Source: a virus. Taken from it: DNA of 64,000 nucleotides. The position numbers were made by a program, and so were the translations under genes. The stretch covers positions 83,989 through 147,988 of IMG/VR virus record IMGVR_UViG_3300009314_000003. One strand, 5' to 3'. Positions 1 to 10,378 of the stretch are shown here, piece after piece; position 1 is the first letter of the stretch, and each line of letters starts with the position of its first letter. The notes below the pieces were generated by a model, which saw nothing but the letters and a program-made list of their open reading frames with translations, did not search any database and had not been told where the DNA came from.

Positions 1-26
1 GTAACATAGGATTCCACTTCTCCCTT

Positions 27-575
27 ATGGCGGGGCTGGGGGCCTCGGCAAAGTGGGAGGACTTCGCCTCAGGTATATTTGGTAAGGACAATCTTGCCTA
101 CAGCCTAAGTGAATTTCAGCGGGGTATGCCGATGTCCGGCCGCCGCACAATATTAGAATCCATTAAGACAGGTATACGTGAGCATGTAGGTGAAGAGGGT
201 TACAGATCCCTAGGTAAGAGTGTGAAATGGGCAGGCCTCGCAGCCTTAGCCCTAATGGCCCTTGATCCTAATGCTAATAGTAAACTCCTAGGACCTACCC
301 CCGGTGAGGGAGGTGAAAAATATGATCTCCCAACCATCCAATCCATCTTGGATGTGTATAAGCAGAAGAAGCCAAGGCTGCTCGAGCCCAGTGCTACTAT
401 GATGGATAAGTTGGCTACACTGACAGGGCTGCCAATAGAGTCCTTGCCACAACTAAAACAAGGGAGGAATCTTCCTCCACGACCGAGTATACGCTACAAT
501 AATAGAAGGAAGAAATACAGCCGTCATAATATCGGACAATACATCCGTGATGGAAACGGAGTACTACTGACCTAA
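27..575 (+). CDS. C-terminal part of a large virion (possibly tape-measure-associated) protein, probably 5'-truncated
   Basis: Frame is open back to the window edge; contains a hydrophobic stretch (WAGLAALALMAL); lies directly upstream of the tail/baseplate module. Confidence 0.4.
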   Translation: MAGLGASAKWEDFASGIFGKDNLAYSLSEFQRGMPMSGRRTILESIKTGIREHVGEEGYRSLGKSVKWAGLAALALMALDPNANSKLLGPTPGEGGEKYDLPTIQSILDVYKQKKPRLLEPSATMMDKLATLTGLPIESLPQLKQGRNLPPRPSIRYNNRRKKYSRHNIGQYIRDGNGVLLT

Positions 576-577
576 TT

Positions 578-763
578 ATGCATATTACTATAGAGGTTGA
601 CCTAAATAATATTCCCTATGATGTTGATGTCACTGAGATTATTGGCTATCTACAATCATATCTTCAAGAGACATACCAGGTTGATGTGAATATGATGGTG
701 GATGACTACGACTTCGTCAATAAGATTGACCTGGGCCGGCAGATGAAGGCTATGAAGCGTTAA
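578..763 (+). CDS. small hypothetical protein
   Basis: 61-aa ORF coupled to both neighbours (TAATTATG upstream, TAATG overlap downstream). Confidence 0.6.
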   Translation: MHITIEVDLNNIPYDVDVTEIIGYLQSYLQETYQVDVNMMVDDYDFVNKIDLGRQMKAMKR

Positions 764-3700
764 TGTCTATTTACAACACCACTGACAGAATCAACTATCT
801 CTCAACCGTTGAGCGCATCTCCAAGGAAAACGGCATTGATCCTGACTTTGTAGATGCCATGATAGGTGCAGAGTGCTCCTGGGACCTCAATTTGGCTGGC
901 GGGACAGGCGCACTTGGATTAATGCAACTTATTTCGGACAGCAGTATTGTGGAGATTATACAATGGCGGGAATCTCAATTCCATGGACAAGATCTGAAGG
1001 AATTAACAACCAAAGCAGGAGAAGATCCAGAAATCAATATTCGGATTGGTATTGACTATTTGAGGTATATTGACCTTCACCCCAGCACTTATGTCAGACC
1101 GAATGCTGCTCTCCTCGCCGCATCATATAATCAGGGTTGGCCCACTGTGGGGGACGCCGGCTGGACGGTCCCTACAGATGCTCAGGTCTACGTAAATAAT
1201 ATTCAAAAGCAGATGCGTGTCTTGAAGAATAACAGTAGCTTCCTGCTGGCTGAGTATTATCCCATCGAGCTTGAGGACACCTCCGCCGACGATCTCGAGA
1301 AGAAGAAGCTATACTACAAGATGAGCGACCCCAAGGAGTTGGGCCTCCTGGTTATTGGTGACCTGCAATTCACCGTCCCACCCACAGCCATTAACTTCTC
1401 CTCAGACAGTCAGGCCATCTCTATTCCCACCCTTCGCTCCTCAGGTGATCCAGTCATTACCAGCAACACAGCAGTACCAAGGGCCCAGGTGGTTCTTTAC
1501 TTCACAGGTGTGAATGCAATTAATAGGGAACTGAGACCCCTTTACGCTATGTTCCATAAGGCACCCTTCACCACGGTGCAGAACAACACCCTCCACAAAC
1601 TTATGGTAGGTAAGAAGCAGGAGCAGTTGATGAATACATCTACTAAAGATTTTTCCCCTATCCCTATTATGCTGGAAGGAATTACCCTACACACCGTTCC
1701 AGGATTTCCTGGTACGATACAGGCCAATGTCTCCCTGGCATTTATAAATCACTTCCCCCATGTATCGGAGATGAAGTTCTTCAAAAAGACAGAAGACGCC
1801 AAGGCCCAAGCCAGGTATATGACTTACCGAAGTAGTAAGGCCTACAACACCATCAACCTTAGGGAGGATGGTAACCTCACATACATTACAGCGGAGGGAA
1901 CCCCTGGTACCGCAGGTAAACCAGCGGGTGGTAAAACTACTCTCTATCCCGGGGGTAGTTGGCCCTTCATACGTCACTACAGGGGTCTCCTAAGGGAGTT
2001 TAAGGAGTCATACTTTGCTGATATGTCTAATAGGGTAGAACCTTGGTGTGAATATAATGCAACTTCTGCGCAAGGTATAAAAATCCAATACAATAGCATC
2101 TTAGTCTACGACACAATGGAGCAAAACCTACTACGCAACCTGCGAGGAATAAGTGACATGTTGCACCGCCTCAAGGTAATGAGGGCATTGGCCACCAAGG
2201 ACATTGCCATTAACGCGGCCACGGGAGGTGGGCCTAAGAGCGTACTTATTGATGGTAAAGAAGTAGACGTTCAACCGACTGATATTGGAATGTTTACCTT
2301 TGAAGGTAGAGGAGCAGAAATATTAGAAAAGTATTTTAGTTTCTGGGAGCATTATATCGATGCCTTCGCGGGTATAAGATATACACTTAATGAGCTGAGG
2401 ACAGAGATTACACAGGCTTATAACCAATTTAAAACGATAACGGAGGAAAAGGCAGAAGGCATCGAGGTTGATTTCACCTTCCTAAGTGATGACGACCAAC
2501 TCACAAATAACAGTGAGGTGATTAAGAAGAGCCTGTTACAATATGTTTATCTCCTACGTAAGAGAAAAGAACTCGCCAGTGAGACGGGAATGGATGAGGA
2601 GAAAAGTAAGCTAAATATTGCAATAGATAAGTATCATAAACTCTATGAAGCTATGGGACAGCACTTTAATGATTCCGTTGAGGACTGGGCAAAGGAGGAA
2701 AAGGTTAATCCTAAGATAGTCCATCCCATCGAATTTACTCTGGGGTGGGATGATACACTTAGTCCCAAATACAATGAGAATGCACTAAAGGAGGCACTAG
2801 AGAAACAGAAGGATACGGCGGTTCAGAAGGCTAAACTACGATATAATACTGTCGTCAACTCTATAGGTGTTTCGTATCAGAATAATATTACTCCTATTCC
2901 TATTCTCGCCTTCGAGAACCCAACTTTCCAACATATGGGAATATCTAACGCAGTGGTCACTATCAATCTCAAGACAAAAGACGAAGATCTCCTTGCCCGT
3001 TTGACTGATGTAAGGCAAAGTATAGCTCATATCTCACGTGCTGTTGCGTCCGGCGGCAATAACGACCTGGCTGATCTGGAGCTATCAAAAATCACCATCA
3101 CTGATGGCCTATTGAACTCCCTCGGCCTGAACGAATTTGCCCTCAGGGACCTGGATGTACGGAGTATCTCCGGCTCTCCGGGATGGTACGAGATTACTTT
3201 GGAGCTTGTACAAAATGAAATGGATCTTACTAAGTTTGAACAGTTAAGCAGTATTCCCTCCTACCAACTTCCGAGGGATGCAGTGGCAACCCTCTTTCCA
3301 TCCAAGGATTTTGAGCCGTATGACTTTTTTGACTCGCTTAAGGAGGAATATAATAAGAAAAACAAAGCACTTCGTGAGCGTATAATGGATTACAGATTCT
3401 ATACGTCAGAAGTATGCAGGAGGGTGATAAAGAAACATTATGCAAGGCCTACAGCGAAAGACGCATTTGGGGAATATGTACTTGGCTCGGAGTATGGAGT
3501 AAGTGTCGAGCTAATTAGAGAACTGCCGGGGGGTAACCCATATTACGAATTCATTATCGAGGTGTATAATATCGATACCGGGGTGAAAGATACCTCCAGG
3601 ACAAAATTCTACAGGAGTATGGTTGGGCCATTACTCAGACGAGCAACCATTATCTGCCAAATGGCCCGTGCCTTTGAGAATGAAAAGAATTACGAACTAG

Positions 3701-6700
3701 GTGTCGGGTCCTTAACTGTTCAACTTGAAGCTCATTACCTAAGATATATTAGCAGGGTTGCTAATGGTATTGATACCCTCCTAAAGCTTGATCCAGAGGT
3801 AGTATCCTTACCTGCTACTATTTTTGGAACGGAAGTTGCCGGGGTCGGTGATATTGAAATTAAGTTACAACAACCGGGGATAATAGACACTACCCTCGAT
3901 CAGATGAGATTAAAGAGCCTTTACATTCTCTTAAGCCGAAAGGACTTCCGCGATTTCCTTGATTCCTGTGAGGATTTGAATATAAGTAGCTTCGATACAC
4001 CAGGTTATTTTACAAGCAGTACACCAGTAAGTAGCTTCGATACACCAGGTTATTTTAGTTATCTTACAAGCAGTATATTGGGGTTTGGACAACAATACCT
4101 TGTTGGACCAGAGCCTCCCACCACATATGATAAATACCTTACCAACGAGGAGGAAGATCATCTCACCAAGCTCGCGAAGAGTATAGGCAAATATTTCGAA
4201 GAGGCACACAAAATGATCAAGGGTAATTACCCTGACCTGGATTTACCTCCGGACGTGCTTGAGGAGAATGGCCATTATATCTTTGGCCCGTCCTTCTATT
4301 TGAAGGCTAAAGGCAGTCTGCAAGAGGATGCTATGAAGAAGACGAGTGAGCTTTTATCAGGTTATCGCTTGTCTGTGGCTTTACAGCTTGCCATTATCCA
4401 GGGTCAGATTACCAATAAAATGTTTATTGATAAACACAACAAGATAGGGGAACGTATAAATGACCTTCTCACTAAACTAAAGGTAGATGAGAAGGTGAAA
4501 GATATACTTAAGCTAGAGAATGTTAGGGATGAGTATGAGCAAATCAATAATGTGATTGGCGTTGAAACGGACACAGGTGGCAATATAACAAATGAAACTG
4601 TATTAGCCTATAAATCGCTAATAGATGCTGATTTACTAAAGGATATAGGTGTAATGGCCGCCGGACGTGTATTTGTTGATGAGAATGGGGTGGAGCGTGA
4701 TATAACACCACAAATGACAAGTAGGCAATTCAGAAGACTTATAATACGCTCCGCGTGTTTTGAGTACGCTTACTTTATGAGTATACTTGAGGAAGCCTTG
4801 AACGAGAAGATAGGACTTAACGGATTGAAGATAGTATATTTTAATGCGGAGGGGGAAACAACCGAGGCTGGTAATGCGGTTAGTGCTGCAATCGGAGGGT
4901 CCGGTGTTAATACAGAAATAAGTCTTGTCAAATTACTTGACAATACACTAAACTTCCAGAACAAGGGCCTCGCAAAAGGCGCCGGTGAATTACAGCGATA
5001 TATAAGGATCACCTCCGCTACCGATACCGATGGGGTTGATTTTGAAGGGGAAGCTATACAGAATATACTCATCAAACTTTATAATGATGCTGTACGCCTT
5101 ATCAAGAATGAAAATCCTGAAGCGTTGATGAATTACTTTGGCTTCAGCGACCTCGGTTCTGCGAAGGAGCGTTATGAATTAGATAAGAAGTTAGCTAAGA
5201 TTGTAGATACATCCACCAACGGTACTATGGATAGGGCATTCCCAACATTTAAGCTTTTCTTCATTGAGGAGGATACACCGAACTGGCTCTTGTTTGATGA
5301 TTTCTATACTTATGACGCTGTTAACTCCATAGATGTTGTCGAGTCAAAGCACGCTGCTAGCTCGACCGCTGTTATTAAACTTTCTAACGTCACAAACAAA
5401 CTCACGGGGGATCCTTTTCAGGATATGTGGAAGGATTCTGATGTTCCCGCCACCTTGCCACGTATTCGCCTCAGGCCTGGCACACCAATCCTGCTTCGAC
5501 TTGGCTACGGCCCTGATTATCGTCATCTTCCTGTTGTTTTTATGGGCACAATCACAGAGGTGAAGCCGGGGCCTGTGCTTGAGTTCACTGCCCAAAGCTG
5601 GGGAGCAGAACTAACAAATTCCGTTGGCTCTAATAAGGGAATGAAATTTGGTGCTTTGTCTCCTGAGAAAACTATTGGTAGTGTTGTGGTCAGTGTTTTA
5701 GACCAACTACCGGGGATGCATCACTTTGGCCGCTGGACAATGAAGGCGCTTGATGATGCAGACCCTAATATGATACCAAATTCCTTTTACAAGATGGCTC
5801 ACTTTGCTAAGAGTGGACCGGCAAAGTGGTTAGCCGGCTGGGGATTGGATTTTGCTGGTGTAGATACGGATATGTATAAGAAACTAATCGGCGATATAAC
5901 TTCTTCCCAGAAGGATTTAGAGAATCTTCTCTCAGGCAGAAGACCAGACCACCTAATGCTAAATATAGGTAATGAACTATATGATAATGTGTACCTGAAC
6001 GGGATAAGGTCTTCGGGGTACGGATGGGCCAATTTCTTGGGAATAGGAAATTTAGATCACCTAAACAACAGAGGTAATTTTGACTGGGTTATATATAACC
6101 AGACAGGCTGGGATGCTCTCTGGGAAGCTTGTCTACATCTGGGGGATTATATTGTACGGCCACTCCCTTATAATGAAGGAACTAATATGCTTCAACAACC
6201 CCCGAGGATGACCCTTTACATTGGCCCGCGTGAGGGATACTACCAACACTCTGACCAGATGTTGTCAAACATGTCTTTAACTGACCAAATTACTGAGGCG
6301 ATGGAGAAGGAACTTAAGGAATTGTTAGATGGGAGTAATAATGGCCCTACTACTACTACAGTTGAACAATTATTTAAGGAGGAACTCCTTGCCCACGCGG
6401 CTGAATTATTTGAGGGGTATACCAGCCCAGGTATTATGGTAGGCATCTACTGGTTAGCAAAACAAGTGCTTTTGGATATGCACCCCGTAGCTCCATGTAT
6501 TACCACAAGAGCTCTTGACATACTGGAAGAGATATTTCCATCTATGCGTAGGGGGCAGCATGCAGGTGTAAAAGTAGGAGGTTTTACAACGTCTGATAGG
6601 GCCGGAGTTTGGCGAATCCTTTGTGTTCTCTTAACGGGTAATCTTGAGGAAACTACTTTTACTGGTATGATTAACAAATACCGACCACAGTCTTTGAAGA

Positions 6701-7899
6701 AGTTTACTCAGAGGAACTCAAGTTCCTTTCTTGACTCTGTAAATAAGGAGAAGGCTGAGGTGTATTTCAGTAATTACACAGATTACTACGAATCTGACTT
6801 GACCGCTAGTATTTCCGATCTCTTTACAACCAACTACTCATCTCAAGATACAACCGACTCCCTTATAAATCGTGTTATGAGGAGGGCTAATGTCGAAAAG
6901 TTTGCGGCGAATAAACACTTTACCCCTGTCGTTGAACATCATTTCGTTAATAGCTGGGAAGATATTATGTCTAATGACATTATTGCCACGTCTGATTCCA
7001 TGTACAACCACGTCAGGTTATTATTCAGTGGTGAGCCAACAGCCCATAAATCTTTAGAGGATCAGGATAAGCTTAAATCTTATGACACCTTCATTGGTTA
7101 TGATATTGATCCTAACCATATCCGAACCTATGTTAGTTATCAGAAGAATGTTGATCCTAACATAATATTCAACTTTTTGGAGGCCAAGAACTTCACGAAG
7201 TATGAAAATGAGGTCATTCTTCCTAACTACATGAATATTGCTAACCAGATATTATCTAATGTGGTCAAGCCTATGTATCAGGGCAGCCTTACATTGGTAG
7301 GTAATCCACATATCCGGCCCTGGCATATTGTTCATATGTATGACGACATAACTAATATGGATGGGCCGGTGGAGGTAGAAGAGGTGGTTCATTCCTTCTC
7401 CTCAGAGCGTGGATATACCACAACCATAGTTCCAAACCTGGTTATCTATGATAGAGATATTAATACCCAGGCCGACCTTCTCTATCTTGAGATGCTTGGT
7501 AGGTACCGGAGTCATCGCCTTGGTTGGGATATAGTAATTGGTGGAGGTAAAGCACTAGGTAAGACGGCAATAGTAGCAGCCACAGCTGCTCTGTTTTCAT
7601 TGGCCGTCCCAGCGGCTATACTAGGAGGGACCTACTTCATAATCAAAGGGGGTTGGAATATATTCGAGAATTATGCAAATCAAACAATAGGCATGGCCGG
7701 CATTATTGCAGGGAATAATCCCCTTACCTTTGCCTATCTTAATTATAATGGTAAACCTTACATAGCTGGAATGGAAGGTATTTACGATATGGGTCGCAGT
7801 ATATCCAGTATTGTGGTTGGTCAGTTACAAAAAGATGGTGAGAAGACTGGTATTTCTCCTTTTGTGTGGAATAGGCTCATGTCAAATATAACGGAGTGA
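763..7899 (+). CDS. giant tail/baseplate hub-like protein with N-terminal lytic transglycosylase (SLT) domain
   Basis: N-terminal SLT motifs AMIGAEC (catalytic Glu), GALGLMQL, NIRIGIDYL, AASYNQG. C-terminal part has hub-like segments (RLGYG...VFMGTITEV; GSLTLVGNPHIRP...VEEVVHSFS...GYTT). Lies upstream of gp25/J genes. Confidence 0.75.
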   Translation: MSIYNTTDRINYLSTVERISKENGIDPDFVDAMIGAECSWDLNLAGGTGALGLMQLISDSSIVEIIQWRESQFHGQDLKELTTKAGEDPEINIRIGIDYLRYIDLHPSTYVRPNAALLAASYNQGWPTVGDAGWTVPTDAQVYVNNIQKQMRVLKNNSSFLLAEYYPIELEDTSADDLEKKKLYYKMSDPKELGLLVIGDLQFTVPPTAINFSSDSQAISIPTLRSSGDPVITSNTAVPRAQVVLYFTGVNAINRELRPLYAMFHKAPFTTVQNNTLHKLMVGKKQEQLMNTSTKDFSPIPIMLEGITLHTVPGFPGTIQANVSLAFINHFPHVSEMKFFKKTEDAKAQARYMTYRSSKAYNTINLREDGNLTYITAEGTPGTAGKPAGGKTTLYPGGSWPFIRHYRGLLREFKESYFADMSNRVEPWCEYNATSAQGIKIQYNSILVYDTMEQNLLRNLRGISDMLHRLKVMRALATKDIAINAATGGGPKSVLIDGKEVDVQPTDIGMFTFEGRGAEILEKYFSFWEHYIDAFAGIRYTLNELRTEITQAYNQFKTITEEKAEGIEVDFTFLSDDDQLTNNSEVIKKSLLQYVYLLRKRKELASETGMDEEKSKLNIAIDKYHKLYEAMGQHFNDSVEDWAKEEKVNPKIVHPIEFTLGWDDTLSPKYNENALKEALEKQKDTAVQKAKLRYNTVVNSIGVSYQNNITPIPILAFENPTFQHMGISNAVVTINLKTKDEDLLARLTDVRQSIAHISRAVASGGNNDLADLELSKITITDGLLNSLGLNEFALRDLDVRSISGSPGWYEITLELVQNEMDLTKFEQLSSIPSYQLPRDAVATLFPSKDFEPYDFFDSLKEEYNKKNKALRERIMDYRFYTSEVCRRVIKKHYARPTAKDAFGEYVLGSEYGVSVELIRELPGGNPYYEFIIEVYNIDTGVKDTSRTKFYRSMVGPLLRRATIICQMARAFENEKNYELGVGSLTVQLEAHYLRYISRVANGIDTLLKLDPEVVSLPATIFGTEVAGVGDIEIKLQQPGIIDTTLDQMRLKSLYILLSRKDFRDFLDSCEDLNISSFDTPGYFTSSTPVSSFDTPGYFSYLTSSILGFGQQYLVGPEPPTTYDKYLTNEEEDHLTKLAKSIGKYFEEAHKMIKGNYPDLDLPPDVLEENGHYIFGPSFYLKAKGSLQEDAMKKTSELLSGYRLSVALQLAIIQGQITNKMFIDKHNKIGERINDLLTKLKVDEKVKDILKLENVRDEYEQINNVIGVETDTGGNITNETVLAYKSLIDADLLKDIGVMAAGRVFVDENGVERDITPQMTSRQFRRLIIRSACFEYAYFMSILEEALNEKIGLNGLKIVYFNAEGETTEAGNAVSAAIGGSGVNTEISLVKLLDNTLNFQNKGLAKGAGELQRYIRITSATDTDGVDFEGEAIQNILIKLYNDAVRLIKNENPEALMNYFGFSDLGSAKERYELDKKLAKIVDTSTNGTMDRAFPTFKLFFIEEDTPNWLLFDDFYTYDAVNSIDVVESKHAASSTAVIKLSNVTNKLTGDPFQDMWKDSDVPATLPRIRLRPGTPILLRLGYGPDYRHLPVVFMGTITEVKPGPVLEFTAQSWGAELTNSVGSNKGMKFGALSPEKTIGSVVVSVLDQLPGMHHFGRWTMKALDDADPNMIPNSFYKMAHFAKSGPAKWLAGWGLDFAGVDTDMYKKLIGDITSSQKDLENLLSGRRPDHLMLNIGNELYDNVYLNGIRSSGYGWANFLGIGNLDHLNNRGNFDWVIYNQTGWDALWEACLHLGDYIVRPLPYNEGTNMLQQPPRMTLYIGPREGYYQHSDQMLSNMSLTDQITEAMEKELKELLDGSNNGPTTTTVEQLFKEELLAHAAELFEGYTSPGIMVGIYWLAKQVLLDMHPVAPCITTRALDILEEIFPSMRRGQHAGVKVGGFTTSDRAGVWRILCVLLTGNLEETTFTGMINKYRPQSLKKFTQRNSSSFLDSVNKEKAEVYFSNYTDYYESDLTASISDLFTTNYSSQDTTDSLINRVMRRANVEKFAANKHFTPVVEHHFVNSWEDIMSNDIIATSDSMYNHVRLLFSGEPTAHKSLEDQDKLKSYDTFIGYDIDPNHIRTYVSYQKNVDPNIIFNFLEAKNFTKYENEVILPNYMNIANQILSNVVKPMYQGSLTLVGNPHIRPWHIVHMYDDITNMDGPVEVEEVVHSFSSERGYTTTIVPNLVIYDRDINTQADLLYLEMLGRYRSHRLGWDIVIGGGKALGKTAIVAATAALFSLAVPAAILGGTYFIIKGGWNIFENYANQTIGMAGIIAGNNPLTFAYLNYNGKPYIAGMEGIYDMGRSISSIVVGQLQKDGEKTGISPFVWNRLMSNITE
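3983..4075 (+). repeat. in-frame local duplication (SSFDTPGYF x2)
   Basis: Exact 30-bp copies at 3983-4012 and 4028-4057; TTACAAGCAGTA at 4010-4021 and 4064-4075. Confidence 0.9.
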
Positions 7900-7905
7900 T
7901 CCTTT

Positions 7906-8670
7906 ATGAGACGAAATCTAGATAGGTTACAGAAGGAAGTACAAGAGGGAACCACAGTAGATAGTGCTGCTGTGATTGTCTCGGAGATTATGCAGGAGAC
8001 AGAAGATGGAGGTCACTGGTCTGATTGGTATAGCCCCCGCACCAATATTGTTTCCGTAAAGGGTGAGCGAACCGGTGAGAGATACTTGATCTGGCTTATA
8101 AACAAACCGGAGAATGGTTACCCACACCCCCACAAGGATGTTGTGGAGTGGATGCCCTACAGCAACAGAAGTAAGGCAAAATTTACAACTCACAAAATGC
8201 CCGCTGCACAGATTGGTGTAGACGGAATAGGCTTCATACGGCAAAAGACAGACTATCGGGTGGATATTGTTAGCACCACCTCCTCCCTTCTGTATGGTGG
8301 AGATTCTAGCAGTCCCCCTCACGAGCAGAAAGTCATTTCAGGGCGACAGTCGACGGATATTAATGAACGTACAGGCATCTCTTTTGATCTAATTAATGGG
8401 AGTGTTTTAATTAAGGGGCATGACAGCGCAATTGAACTTAAAAGTGGTGGAAGTGTGTATGTGCAAGGACCTATCAACACAGAGGAAATGAATTCAACAG
8501 GACCACTGACAGAAAACTGGCTCGGCAAATTACTCCCCGAGTGTCTCCCTATCTTTCCAGCATCTCTAACAATGCTTCCAGATCCTAATAAACTACTTAA
8601 CATAGCTGGGAAGGTTGCAACAATAATTGAAGGTCTGAAGACAATGCAGAAACTAGCAGAGGAAATGTAG
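7906..8670 (+). CDS. putative baseplate spike (gpV/gp5-like)
   Basis: Position between hub and gp25-like gene; C-terminal short beta-strand repeats (ISFDLINGSVLIKGHDSAIELKSGGSVYVQG). Confidence 0.5.
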   Translation: MRRNLDRLQKEVQEGTTVDSAAVIVSEIMQETEDGGHWSDWYSPRTNIVSVKGERTGERYLIWLINKPENGYPHPHKDVVEWMPYSNRSKAKFTTHKMPAAQIGVDGIGFIRQKTDYRVDIVSTTSSLLYGGDSSSPPHEQKVISGRQSTDINERTGISFDLINGSVLIKGHDSAIELKSGGSVYVQGPINTEEMNSTGPLTENWLGKLLPECLPIFPASLTMLPDPNKLLNIAGKVATIIEGLKTMQKLAEEM

Positions 8671-8674
8671 CTCT

Positions 8675-9172
8675 GTGTTTAATATAGCGGACAAAACCCT
8701 AGGCTGGACAGAAGATGGTGATCTCCTAATACACAAACCAAGTGATAGGCTCGCTTCTGTCGTAGGTTTTGATAGTTTGAAACGGAGAATCATGTTCTAT
8801 TTAAGGACCCAACCTGGTGATTACGGCTATGATGTTGGGGCGGGAATAGGTCTAGAGAACTTTGCCGGCCGTCCTAATACAGACGAAAATAGAGAAATGA
8901 TATACCAAAATATCTTTGACAATTTGTATGACGACAGCGTTACGTATCCATACCATTTTAGTGTTGATGTGAAGAAGGCTGAACGCCATGATGTAAGTAT
9001 TACTATAAATGTAACAGGACCAACAGGCACAACAGAGGTGGCGCTCATCTTTGATTTGGAACGTGGATACATAAGAACGAAGGAGGAATTTATAAGCGAC
9101 ATAGAAGAAATTACCCTACCCTATGGGCAAGAGGAAAATGAGAATATATATCTTAAGAGGAAGAATAGCTAA
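8675..9172 (+). CDS. baseplate wedge protein, gp25/gpW-like
   Basis: W-EDGDL start and LRTQPGDY..DVGAGIGLENFAGRPN pattern; immediately precedes baseplate J. Confidence 0.75.
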   Translation: MFNIADKTLGWTEDGDLLIHKPSDRLASVVGFDSLKRRIMFYLRTQPGDYGYDVGAGIGLENFAGRPNTDENREMIYQNIFDNLYDDSVTYPYHFSVDVKKAERHDVSITINVTGPTGTTEVALIFDLERGYIRTKEEFISDIEEITLPYGQEENENIYLKRKNS

Positions 9173-10378
9173 ATGCCACTTGTAACACGAACGAGGAGTG
9201 AGGTCTTAACCAGGCTCCGTAAACACTTTGAGAATGCCGGGCTCAATGCCTTTAATGAGTCTGGAACACCGGAACACGCCATCTTAAACATGATTGCTGA
9301 TGAGATGTCGAGTATTTATTCGTTTGTAGAGCTGAGTTACAATGGTCTGCAGATATCAACAGCAATAGGTATAGATTTGGATAACCTGGCTGCTATTTTT
9401 GGTATCACAAGGAATATATCCCAACCGGCTATGGATAATAGTGACTCCAATTTCAAATTCTATATTGACCCCATCCTGGGAATTGACGCGAGTACTCTAG
9501 CAGCACAACATGGCCTCAGCTCCATAATTATACCGGAGGGGACAATTGTGTCCAATGCGGGTACAAAACAGTACCGCACTACAGCGTCGGTCTCTATGTC
9601 CGGAAGTGATACACAGGTATTTGCCCCTATAGTCGCAATGTCTGTCGGATCACAATACAATGTTGAGGCGGGTATACTAACTGCGCATAATTTAGGGTCT
9701 ATGCCAACACTTAGAAATATTGCTACCAGTATTAGATGTACTAACCTCCTTCCTATTACTTCGGGGGAAAGTACTGAAACAGATGCCGATCTGAGAGTAA
9801 GAGTAACCAGTGCGTATTCCATAGGAGCCACCAGCAACCTCCTGGCAATTTTGGAAGCGGCTCGGGGAGTCGCGGGAGTAGCTGATGCAAGTATTGTGCC
9901 TTATGTCTATGGCTCTGGTACACTTGCTGTCTTTGTAGAGAGTACTGCCCCTGTTGTTGCTGTTGGTACAGTACGTGCTGTGCAAGAGGCGGTCGATAAT
10001 GTTGTGGCCGTCGGCAACCGTGCTTTTGTTAGGTATCCAGATTATAAGGCCTTGAAGATTAGGGCTGAGGTAACTCTTGTTGCTGGTACTGATGGAGACT
10101 CTTACATACAAAGTACCAGGACACAGATCACAAACTTTATAAACAACCTCCCCCGGGGGACAGCATTTAACCCTGACCATCTATTATCCATCCTAGAAGG
10201 TCCTAATGTTATTAATGCTACTATCCTGCGGGTTCAGTATGGTGATTTTGATATTTACACCAGGAAGATACTGAATTTACAAACCTTCCTACCAGTTACA
10301 CAGGAACTTGGACAGACAGAGAAATGGTACACTAATTCTACAATGATAGATATTTGTTTCCCTGGAGCGAATGAGTAA
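9173..10378 (+). CDS. baseplate J-like protein
   Basis: STAIGIDLDNLAAIFGITR, IPEGTIV, GSQYNVEAG and GESTETDADLRVRV motifs typical of Baseplate_J. Confidence 0.9.
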   Translation: MPLVTRTRSEVLTRLRKHFENAGLNAFNESGTPEHAILNMIADEMSSIYSFVELSYNGLQISTAIGIDLDNLAAIFGITRNISQPAMDNSDSNFKFYIDPILGIDASTLAAQHGLSSIIIPEGTIVSNAGTKQYRTTASVSMSGSDTQVFAPIVAMSVGSQYNVEAGILTAHNLGSMPTLRNIATSIRCTNLLPITSGESTETDADLRVRVTSAYSIGATSNLLAILEAARGVAGVADASIVPYVYGSGTLAVFVESTAPVVAVGTVRAVQEAVDNVVAVGNRAFVRYPDYKALKIRAEVTLVAGTDGDSYIQSTRTQITNFINNLPRGTAFNPDHLLSILEGPNVINATILRVQYGDFDIYTRKILNLQTFLPVTQELGQTEKWYTNSTMIDICFPGANE

